Of a DNA stretch of 64,000 bases, positions 38,691 through 49,017 are shown piece by piece. The notes beneath the pieces were generated by a model. It saw only the letters and a list, made by a program, of their open reading frames with translations, was not told the origin of the DNA and did no database searches. A program made the translations under genes and the position numbers. The DNA is from Takakia lepidozioides (lineage: Eukaryota > Plantae > Bryophyta), in contig CM060733.1 in the NCBI GenBank assembly GCA_030704615.1, positions 31,868,001 through 31,932,000 on the forward strand, read 5' to 3'. Within the stretch, counting starts at the first letter, position 1. Each line of letters starts with the position of its first letter.

Positions 38691-39857
38691 CTACAATGCC
38701 CCTCTACGCGATCCTTGTCTCAAAGGAACCCTATTTTTATCATACACATCCCACTCATGCTGTGATCGGAAGTCCCAATCATCCCGGGAGAACTCGTATG
38801 ATGCAAATAGTTCGCTACCAGCCCTAATAGTCCTACTAGAACATGTCATCACAAACATGTGCATCCCCTCACAGTATATTGATGTATGACCACAAAAGCT
38901 CTCATGCCCATCGCTTCGCTCGTCCCATACTACATTGATTCTCCTAGGATGACCAAAAGAACTATTGACCAGCCCAACAACATTGCCGAAGATGTCGGGG
39001 TCACCATCACAAAATCTGATCTCAATGGGAGACAACCCCCGTCTACGTACATCCTGTCCGTTGACACACAAAATGTAGGGTAGGATGTATGGGGCTTCGA
39101 GGCGTAATGTACGGAACTCCGCGGAGGTGTAGTATGGACCGTAGTAGGGAAACAAGTCCACTATGATGTTTCTCCGAGTGGGAACCACAATATCATTGAC
39201 CGTGAATAAACCCCGACCCATAGCAGGGTTTGTAGCGGCTCTCACAACATACCGTCTCCCCCAATACTCGAACTCCACATTTTCTCGGATGGGGGTGGGA
39301 GGGTCGAGATGATTCCCCCAATAACGAGGCTGGACGGTCCTCAGTAACATAGTCCTATGTGCCTCCCATCGGGGACGAGGATCCGGCTCAGGCCGCCCAA
39401 GCCGAAGGGAAAGAAACCTAGGGTGAAGCCGACCCCTCCTAGGGGTTCGGGGGGCACATGCACGTGGAGGTTGAGGTGGTACTGCTGGCGGAGGAGATGA
39501 AAGTGGAGGTGGTTGAGGATGTAATGTCGGAGGTGCAACCGGGGGTACAACATCCGGATCAGGTACAACCGGAGGTGGATCCGGCAAAGAAACAGACGGG
39601 GTGGGGGGTGGGGGGGAGGCCACAATCAGGGGGATCGCCTGAGGAAACTGGAGGGGGGGGGGGGGCTGGGCTGCTCGTCGCCGGCCATAACGCCTACGAC
39701 ACCTACGATACCCCTCGACCCTACGCATCTCATCTACGTGCTGCTGGGGGAACCAACTGGTCACATCGGGCACATGCTCTGGCACAAATTCTGCAAGTAG
39801 ACCGGCGCGAAATGCCTCCTGTGCAATGTGATTGCGAGCTTGGGCATCAAGTTGTGG
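38691..39857 (-). CDS. Proline-rich linker plus SET-domain (lysine methyltransferase-like) exon inside the CACTA element
   Basis: Open frame with YVVRAA..MGRGLFTVNDI (SET motif I), FPYYG, DGDP..GNVVGLVNSS (NHS-like) and RTIRAGSELFASY (motif IV, Tyr retained). There is a TTGCAG acceptor at 39858. Confidence 0.72.
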   Translation of the reverse strand, partial: PQLDAQARNHIAQEAFRAGLLAEFVPEHVPDVTSWFPQQHVDEMRRVEGYRRCRRRYGRRRAAQPPPPLQFPQAIPLIVASPPPPTPSVSLPDPPPVVPDPDVVPPVAPPTLHPQPPPLSSPPPAVPPQPPRACAPRTPRRGRLHPRFLSLRLGRPEPDPRPRWEAHRTMLLRTVQPRYWGNHLDPPTPIRENVEFEYWGRRYVVRAATNPAMGRGLFTVNDIVVPTRRNIIVDLFPYYGPYYTSAEFRTLRLEAPYILPYILCVNGQDVRRRGLSPIEIRFCDGDPDIFGNVVGLVNSSFGHPRRINVVWDERSDGHESFCGHTSIYCEGMHMFVMTCSSRTIRAGSELFASYEFSRDDWDFRSQHEWDVYDKNRVPLRQGSRRGAL

Positions 39858-39999
39858 CTGCAATGTGCGTAGTGAATGACGCATCAATACTTATGTCGTA
39901 ATTTTGATTCATGTATGCTTACCAATCATACTATATTATTAGATAAACCTAAATGTACCTTAAATGAATGTTAATGAGAGGGGTGGGAAAAACACTTAC

Positions 40000-40395
40000 C
40001 TTTGCCGCATCCACAATTTTGTTCTTCTTGTAATGTTTTTCGACAACATGCGGTCGCCGCCTCGGTGGTCTGGTGCCGCCCGGCGGTATCCGTTTCCAAC
40101 ACTTAGTGCACCAACACTCAATCCTATCGGGGGGGTCAAATGTGGACGTGGTTGGACAGGGTAGCCCGCAAGGGGGCAACCCGCGGCGTGCCCGACTCGA
40201 TCTTGGAGTGTCAACATCCTCCGCATCACCTGAAATTTGGCCCTGGTCCCTTCTACGATTGTCCCCGGCAGCCTGTATTGGATCAGGTGCAATGGGTGCC
40301 TCCTCGCCACGAAAAATGGTCGCTCTAGGGCCACAATCGATATGTGGTACTACCTCCCCATCCTCGAGGGAAACGGGTCGATGTTTCCTCACCAT
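40000..40395 (-). CDS. First coding exon of the CACTA element with a transposase-associated Zn-binding motif
   Basis: ATG at 40395. IECWCTKC...HVVEKHY resembles the I.CPC..C...V..H motif at the N-terminus of CACTA transposases. It ends at a consensus donor AAG|GTAAGT (39999). Confidence 0.7.
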
Positions 40396-42229
40396 CCCAT
40401 CCTAATTACCACACACCACCAACACTTTCATTTCTCAAAAATCGTTGGCAAAAAAACCCTATGCCTCAGCCTCGGGGCTTTCAAAATTGGTAACCAAAGG
40501 CGGAGCATCCTTATGGTGCTAGAGCCCAAGACAATAAATCCTTCCTCTTGTACTACGGAAAAATTTGTTGAGATCCAGCGCTTTGCGATTATCAGATTGA
40601 ACCACATTTTGGGTATGTGAATCCTAATTACACCGTTTATCCTTTTAACCCCAAGACCCACAACACCAAACCGCCAATCCAAAACCCAGCACCATAAAGA
40701 AAAGCAAACACCCTAACCCAGTACCATATGAAAAATAAATAAAAAAATAAAAACTAAGAAAACCAAAAGGTCCTAAACCCTAAATCCAAAAAGGCCGGCC
40801 GTCGCCTCCTGCGACACCCTGGCGTCGCATTGGACGACGAGTTTTTTTTTTTTTTGCCTGGGGATCGCACCCCGCGACGGACAGCCGTCGCGGGGGGCAA
40901 CGTGTTTTCTTAATTTATGGGGCCGGGGGTCGCAAGAAACGACGGCCAGCCTTCGCAATCTTCATTTTACATTTCAAAAAAGGGCGGACGCAGGCGTGCG
41001 ACAGCCGGGGTCGCACTTGTGGGCGCCGAGCCTTTTTTTTCCTAAGTGCTTGAAGCATTTTTTTTCCCCTCCCGTTTTCGTTTGTTCTTTGGGAGAGAGG
41101 TAGTTCAAAGAGTGGGGCTTTGGATGGAGGAGAAACGCACCTGTTGCTGAGAGCCCGAGGTGGTCGCAAGGCCCCAACTAGTTTGCCCCAACGCCGCTCC
41201 AACGCCCAAGGTAAGCACCGTCTTCTCCTCACTTTCTGTCTTCTTTCTTGCCCTAAGCACGGGCTGATGTCTCTCTCCTCTGTGTGGTAGGAATGCCGCG
41301 CAGAGGCGCGACCTAACGAGCTGAAGAGAGAGAGAGCCGTGGTGAGCGGGGGAGAGACGCCCTGCAGTGGCGGGGACTCGCGCCGCTGGTAGTCGTGATA
41401 GCACCCGCAGCAGCTCGCCGCAGCCGCTCACTTCAAGCACCAGCAGCGCATAGGTACGTCAGGGCAACGCTCTCCCTTTCCTCCTTCTTCTGTTTACTGC
41501 TCAAGGTAGTAGTCTTCCTGCCCTAACTTTAAATTTAGGTCTGGTGCCAAGAGTGGGATAGACCCTTGAGCGCATCCATGATGTCCTCCCCCATGTCACA
41601 GACTGGAAACAGGTTCAGGGAAGTTTTCTTCCTAACTTCATTTTTCATCGGACATTTTTCTGGTAATAGACATGGCTTTGGACACTACACACACTCTAAG
41701 TCAGGTTATCCAGCAAGGTCAAGACTTGCGGGTCCATATTCAGATCCTTGAGAATCTCTTTTACTCTCTTCTCCCAGGCTCACCCTGTTTGACAGGGCGT
41801 CATGTTTCCAAGATATAGAGTCGATTAACTTAGGATATCTGTGTTTTGGACATATGTTCTGCACTAAACCCACCATCTGACCTTGAATTTAGGGTGTCGG
41901 GAGCTTAAAAAGAGAGAAGCACAGAAGAGAGGGAAGATTACTCATGTCATGTCAGACATGGACAAGACCCCCTAGGGTCATTGTCAATTAAAGACATAAA
42001 CAGCCCATAAACAGGGCACCATCTAACACTTCCATTCTTGTCATGACTTCCCAGTTGATTTCACCCAATATCATGATAAAATAGGGTGGAGGGCGGGGTT
42101 GTTTTTTTATGTACAATCTGACAACAAGACAAGCATATAAGCAAGCATCTTGTGTAACTGAAAAATCAGATTGCTGCAGCATGTTCAAATTCCTGTAAGT
42201 AACCCAGACATGCACCATGCAAGGCTCCT

Positions 42230-42800
42230 TGGGTAGGTAAGAACAGCCTGCCCTGGCTACAGATTCAAGTATGTTCATACAAGCACCTTGAAGGACCAGC
42301 CTGCAATCATAATCAGATTCCTGTCATGTACCGAAGTGAACCTCTTGCACAATAGAAGTCAGATTGCAGCCTCAGATTATATCATCCATAGTTATCCATA
42401 AGATATGCACCATGCAAGATATCATGGGCATATAAGAACTTCTTGCCACATTACAGATCCAAGATATGTATACACAGGTATCTTGAAGTGATCCAAGACA
42501 AGCATTATGCACGGCAGGTATAACAGCCTGCCCTACAACACATTCAGGAATGTACGCACGGGCAATTGGAAGGACCGGCCTGCAATAATTACACTTCGGG
42601 CATGCCACCAGTAACCTTCTTGGGCATGGCAAACCATATTGCAGGCTTCACATTTGGCCAAATGTAAGTGCCCCAAGGCATGCATCGTGCAAGGCCTTCT
42701 GGGTGGGGAAGAACAACCTGTCATTGTACAGATTCAGGATCTGTGTATCACAGGACTCTTGCTGGACCAGCCTGCAGTAAATCAGACTCAAAACATGCAC
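42230..42800. repeat. Degenerate dispersed/tandem repeat (CAGCCTGCCCT..CAGATTCAGG..GGACCAGCCTGCA)
   Basis: Related units at ~42245-42320, ~42524-42595 and ~42715-42790. Confidence 0.55.
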
Positions 42801-42899
42801 CCCCTCGGATCTCCATGATCTCCATGATCATGCAACCCCTCCGGATCTCCATGATGCAACCCCATGATCTCCCTCCTCAGAACTGGCCGGTTGCATCAG

Positions 42900-43544
42900 T
42901 GTTCTTTTCATGATTTTCCATCTATACCAGATGGACTCTAAAAGGATGTTTTCACACCGACTTGTAAGGTTTCTATCCATACCGGAAGAATCACCTGGGT
43001 GGACACTAAAGTACTAAAAATGACCTATAATTTTGTCATTCCTCTTTTATTGACTTTCATCTATTCAGATGAGTCACCAGAGATGAGGAATTCCTCCATA
43101 AGGGTTATGACACTGGCATCCTATCTATAATTTTTCCATCCATGCCGGATGAAAAATACATGATTTGAATTCGTTTTAATTCCCCTTTACGCTTTTTTTC
43201 CGTACTGGATGAGGCTTTCTCTTAAGCGATGACGAATTACCTGTTAGGATGAAAACCCGATGCCCTGAATGATGTATACTACTTTTTCATCCTGCTGATG
43301 GACCTCATCCAAATAAATGAACCTATTTATTTTTTCATCTGGACCGGATGAAAAAAGCATCTTATGATGGCCATGAAGATTTTTTTAATTACCCTTAATT
43401 ATTGCTAATTAAGGAGTGAAACCCTAGCTCCTACCCTATAATTTACTGTTTAAACCCGCTAACGGATGACATCCGTCGGGTTTTTAAGAGAAGGGCTTTG
43501 ATTATTCATCTTCCGGATGAAAAATTGGGCTCTGCCCTAGGGTG
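42900..43544. repeat. Array of TTTTTCATC-n-GGATGAAAAA mini-hairpins, probably a DNA-transposon subterminal region
   Basis: About 9 copies (e.g. near 43130, 43282, 43331 and 43505), ending at ...GCTCTGCCCTAGGGTG (43544). Confidence 0.6.
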
Positions 43545-44473
43545 TCTCTCCCACTGTCAGCTGCATTCCTCATGCTGCTGAGCTCGCGAGTTATGGCGTC
43601 TGAGCTCTGCTGCTACCCTGTCTGCTGCTTCATGCCGGACGAGCTCCTGGGGATGCGCAGTGGCGGCGTCTTGTCTCTTCTCACAGCGGGTTCTGGCATC
43701 GTCCCTTTTCCCTCCTCTGGCTTTTATGTTTCGCAGCGGCGCTTTGGTGGGGAAGTATATCGCTCCCCCTCCCTTCTTAGACCTAGCATTTGTATGCTTC
43801 GCTTCTCCTTAGCTGTGCTGGAGGTGGCGTGTTGGTGGCGATGGCGCAGAGTTACCTTCCCCAATCGCTTAAGGTGCTTTTGGCGATTAGGGTTCCTTTT
43901 ACTTCATATCTTTCTCTCTTGTTTTTTGGGGTTCTTAGTTGACATCGATAACAAGTGTAGGGGTCTGTGATTCACCTGGGGTTCCACAATCCTCACTAAC
44001 CCATTGGTTTTTGTGGGGGCTTGTGATGGGACCAGGTGAGGATCCCTACCTACTTTGAATTCTCGTGAACTTGCAGATAAGGATGTGTGCAAAAGGAACA
44101 TACTGCTGCTGCATGCAGCCCCGATTTCGGCCCGCTTGCTCCCGATTTGACATGATGATGCTTGCGTTTGACTTATCTTTTGTTGCTGCTGATGGAGCAC
44201 TTTGGCCTGGCAGCCTTGTCTCATGCAGCACCAACGACGCTACCGCGTGAACTTGGCACGTGAGCGTGTGAGCGTACGCTCACACAATGATGACGTGGCG
44301 TGAGCCTACGCTCACGCTGCTGACATGGCGCTGATGCTGACGTGGCGTGAGCCTGGTCCAGGTCATGCCACGTCACCACAAAGAAGGTGGGCCTATAACC
44401 GTGGAGCCCCCAACTGCTGATTTCCCCACATGAAGGTGAAACGGATGAAGGGTTTTGGGCTTTCCTGGAGTTC

Positions 44474-44705
44474 AACCTTCTGTTAACAGGAGCTTCATTT
44501 CGTAGAACTGAAATGAACCTCGTGTCGACACAAGGGGGATTTGGAGAACTTCAACAAAACCTCGTGTTAACACGAGGTTGTTTTCCTGGAACAAAAATGA
44601 ACTTCGTGTTGACACGATGTTGTTTTCTGAGAACTAAAATCATCCTTGTGTCAACACAAGGAGGATTTGGAGAACTTCAAGTAAACCTCGTGTTGAGACG
44701 AGGTT
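44474..44705. repeat. Six 22-bp palindromes (AACCTCGTGTTAACACGAGGTT) at an exact 42-bp period
   Basis: Units start at 44474, 44516, 44558, 44600, 44642 and 44684. The 20-bp linkers are related to each other. Confidence 0.9.
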
Positions 44706-44887
44706 GATTTGATCATCTGTCTATCTGAAGGTAGTTTCTTGTGTTTGCTAATGAAAAGAGAATGACAAACCAATGCGACAAATGCATTGACCCACGCATA
44801 GCAAAGATGTTAGACGACATACATTGAGAGTCACTGGACTTGAACAGTCATTCCATTACAAGTTGTAGTCAAGGAAAACACAGATTT

Positions 44888-47800
44888 TTATGGGCTTGTA
44901 TCCCGCTGTAGAAGTGTGTTGACTTTGAAACTCATAGTGGCTTGGTGAATGAAGAAGTCGCGCTTTGGATCACAAACCATCCTTCTCAAGAAGACGAAGT
45001 AAAGGTGTTTGCACGGTATGAACTTCCCTCTCTTTCCCAAACTACTTGAAAGCATACCAACAAAATCAGGACATGTACAATTGGGAAAATTGGAAACAGT
45101 GATTTCGTACGTCCTGTCCTGCAGCGCAGATGCGGATGAGATCATGGTGAAGACCCGACCATACCCTGGATCAGGCACTTCCATTGTTCCCGCAACACGA
45201 GCGTGAAGCATTCTGGCGGACTCAATTTTGCCGTAGTGTTCTGCGGTTGGAGGGAATCGTCGAACCAGCTTCCCATTCCGTCTGGTTGGCCACAAGTGAG
45301 CGTCAGGCGGAGGTACCCGTGAACCGCTTCCACTTGAAGCACCTTCACGTGCAATGGAATGTCTGGCTAGGGAGAAACCCGCCTCTTCCAGCATTGCGAT
45401 CTCTCGGTGAGTGAGACCTGTGCCCATCTTCACAGGCCACACGGTTGGTGGAGTAGGCTTCCTTACCACGGAAGGCCTCACTGTACCATGCACACATCTC
45501 CCACAATCGTCAGCGCAGAACCAGAACTTGTGGTTCTTTGCCTCGCCTTGTCCGTAAGGGAGAAACAAACCCGTGAATGTAGGAGCTGCAGTGCGTTCTT
45601 TCCCTCTGGAGATTAATGATGTACATTTTTCATGATTGGTGGCCCTGATCGCCGCGCATTTCACACGAGATCCAGCACTTGTGCGTTCTATATGCCAAAC
45701 CTCGTCCAAGCCCATGGACTCGATTATATGCGGCACCACGTTCTGGTCTTCAACCATTGCAGTGACAATGCTTGATGCAGGGGTCCGGTCTGGGGCAGAG
45801 TAGCCCTCACCTGTGGATGTTCCGCAATTCCATCTCTGATCCAAGGGAACACGTGGCGTCGAGAAGTTCACCCTGTCCGCCTATGGGAATCTGCATCCGA
45901 TCCCGGAGGGGTGTCCAATTTCCGTTTGCAAGACCCGAATCTCTCTTCGCCTTCCAGATGGGGAACTCTTCCCACGAGAGGGGTGCCATCTGCACATATG
46001 CTCACTGCCCGCGCTATTTTGCTGGGATCCCCTGATCTTCCAGCTGCCCGCAACATCAACTCGCTCCTGTCCGGACCTTTGCCACCAAGGCCACCCCTCA
46101 AGAATGACCTATATCTGGTTTGCTGCTGCAGAGCACGAATGAGGTCATCGGCCGTCGCCGCATACAAATCTCTCTTTTTTTGCCGGATTGCTGCAACCAG
46201 GCATTGTGCACTGTCTCCGCAAGATTGCAAGAAGGCATGTCCGCCATCTCCTCAATGGACATATGCTGCAAGGCAAAAAAACAGAAAGCCGATATTAGGA
46301 TTGGACCCTGAAAGATATATCCGAAGCACCCAAACGAAGGTGAATACAAACCACTCACCGTTGTCATGGCCGCTCCCCACTGTCGGTAACGGAAGTGCCA
46401 AAATGCGAACCAGTCTTGCAGTGCCCTCATGCTGTCCTCCGATGCCGCTCCAGATGAGTACCACCAGGCACGAATTGTCTGGAACAATGTATTCGCTTCC
46501 CCCATAGTTTTGGCGTCTTTGTACTGGTTGCACAGTTGGCGATGCATAGTCTGCATATCTGGCTTGATGTATGTGTGTGTTTGTCCAGGGATTGTGTCCA
46601 ATGGAAAAGACATGTACGTTCTCTTCCAGGCATTGGCACTTTTGGTCTCCCGTCCCGAACACAATGCGGACAGCGTTGAAGTTAGCTTGAGCACTATCGG
46701 CCATGAAACCAACGAAATTGGGAGATGGGAGACCATTGGAGGCCATAACTCGAATGAGAGCTTCCCACATGAGCTGTTGTGAATCTGTGTCCTCTGACTG
46801 CATGTCACACACTGCAATTGTCATGACCCGCTGGTACACAGGGTCGTAAACATGACATGCCATTGTGGTCCAGTCTTTAACCCTCTTGACATGATCGAAC
46901 ATAAGGAAGCAGTTGCCAAGATCGCCACCCTTCTGCATACGTTTAACCAGGCTGACCCCGCTGCCCTCACCTTTTGTGGACATTTTGAACAAGAACACTT
47001 TCCTCCTTGTCCGGGAAAACGCTGTCTTGGATGTAGTCATACATGCTCCTTTTCTTCAAATCCATAATATTGTCCATATAACCTCGGCTCCCAGAGCCCA
47101 TTCTTAAAGCGTTCACCTGATTCCTAATGTTTGGAGAAGTCAAAGTTGAGAAATGGTCCATAACAGTGTCCAAAGCGATCCCTCCAGTATTCCTCCAACC
47201 GAATTTGATGCACACAGAATACGGCTTTCCAGAAAGGACTTGCTCGCCCCCATGGCAATTGCAGATGTGGTTCCAGTTGATTGGTATCCAACTCTTGCCT
47301 TATCAGACGCGAGACTGTGTCAACGCTCTCTCTATAATCCCCCTTGGACACAGGGTGGTTGTGAAAACCGAAATGGACACAGGCTCTAGTCAGGGTTTTG
47401 AATCGATGCACCACATAATACATTCTGGCGCCACACAAAGCAAGGCAGCAAGGTGGTACCCTACAGAACTTGCACACAAAAGTGTTACTGTATGGTGGTG
47501 TCACCCCAGGCTTGAATGGATTCTCACTGACACCATCCCATTCGCTTTGGTTTTGCACACCTGACAATGCGAAGTGTCTGCATTTCATGTTCTCGCATTT
47601 CAGGTGCCCATTACAGACTGTTCGCCTGAATATGAGGTTGTCGTTGTTGTGAATATTGGAGGTTTTTGTGCGGCACCAAGGGTGCCCATCGTGCTTTTTG
47701 TCCATTCCTTCCAGGAGACTAGAAATGCCCCCCAAGGCAGCTCGAAAACAGTATTACCATCAAAAGATTCCGGCAAGAATGCCACCCTCTGAATATTGAA

Positions 47801-48361
47801 AGTGCTCCAGTCTATCCCCCTCAACTCACTCTTGAATCCTGCCATCCCACCCATGGCTTTCAGTTTAGGAATGACACTGGTGATCTCCTCCACATCTGCT
47901 TCTACATGTGGACATGGCTGATCCACGGGCGGTATTGCACATGTGTCATCGGAGGATGAGTCCGAAAGCTCAACTACAGTGTTAACGGTACTCGTCTCCT
48001 TCTTGACAACCACGGGTGTTTTCTCCTGGGCCACTGATGCTGCCGTGCCAGGAGTTACGAAAGATCCTGCAGACTGTCTCAGAGGAGCACTGAGCACCCT
48101 GTATCTGCCTGGAGGCACTCTCCATTGTGTGGCTGGTGCAGTATGCGAAGGTTTCTGGAACACGTACTTGAGCAGTTTTCCATTGGCATCGTACACTTCC
48201 CTTTGAAGGAATAGAGTTCCATTTTCCAACCGAAACTGCGTTGCGAGGACGTGTTCATGCACCAGCGCAAAACCATCATCTTCCACCTCGTAAGAAAATG
48301 GCACAGGGTGGTCCTCACTGAAGAAGTCCGCGTCAAGGGAGCCCATGGCCTGGGAGGCCAT
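44888..48361 (-). pseudogene. Mutator-like (MULE) transposase with an N-terminal GCM-like Zn domain and a C-terminal SWIM finger, frameshifted
   Basis: DGHPWCRTKTSN..RRTVCNGHLKCEN..C..CKFC...GFHNHP (GCM/WRKY-like). The catalytic core reads LMFDHVKR, FMADSAQA, TCLFHW (CxxH) and CNLAETVH. SWIM is CTCPDF-x-CKHL. It has multiple frameshifts and probable short introns near 46270-46357 and 45810-45870. Confidence 0.8.
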
Positions 48362-49017
48362 ATGTCGATGTTGCTTCAGAAAGTAGAGTTCACAGTCCGA
48401 CGGTGCTTGTGAATGCAAATTGTGTGGGAGCGGAGTTTTTGGCGTCCTCACAGAGAATTGCAGGTATCGCTCGGCTTGCAGATCTCCTAACGCGGGTTTC
48501 CACTTCTGTGAAATGTCTCCCCATGCGAACCAAGCGCATGGTCACAGAGTGCCCAATGCGGAGTCCATAATGTCAGCCCTAATCCTAGAATCCAACTGTT
48601 TTTTCACAAGTGCCCCACCAGTGCATTCGTTGACAGATTGACTGACAGAGCCGCCGTTTGGTTGTCATGTCAGAGAGGCCAGAAGAGATGCCCATTTCCA
48701 TTTAATTTTAACGGCACCTGCACCGCTGTACAACTGTACATACTTGACATTCCTCTGGAACATCCCAGAATAAATTGCCCAATAATGAACTTTTTCAGAT
48801 GAGAGGTGATTAGACCCCAACGATTTTTGGATGGATGAGGATCCAATGATCTCCGCCGATTTTCATAACGATTAGATGGACACGTGTTCGCCATGCGAGT
48901 CAGTGGCGCACTGAACGTTCGCGAAGCATCTTGGCGTTGAAGGCCTTGCGATGAACCTCCCATAGTCCTCTTTTTTCCCTCTTCTCCTTATTGTCTTTGC
49001 AACCCTGGATTCTGCAG

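Larger units (their letters stand above)
33400..41048 (-). mobile_element. CACTA/EnSpm (CMC) DNA transposon with SET-domain cargo; left end not located
   Basis: Contains a Tnp2-type transposase. The terminus at 41048 reads CACTTAGGAAAAAAAA on the minus strand, next to ~10 GTCGC(A)/TGCGAC subterminal repeats (40795-41015). The left boundary is approximate. Confidence 0.75.

Noticed and set aside
41100-41520. GC-rich segment with splice-donor-like sites as a gene start
   Set aside because: There is no credible downstream coding exon.
44474-44705. CRISPR array
   Set aside because: The linkers are only 20 bp and homologous to one another, the repeats are degenerate, there are no cas genes, and the context is eukaryotic.
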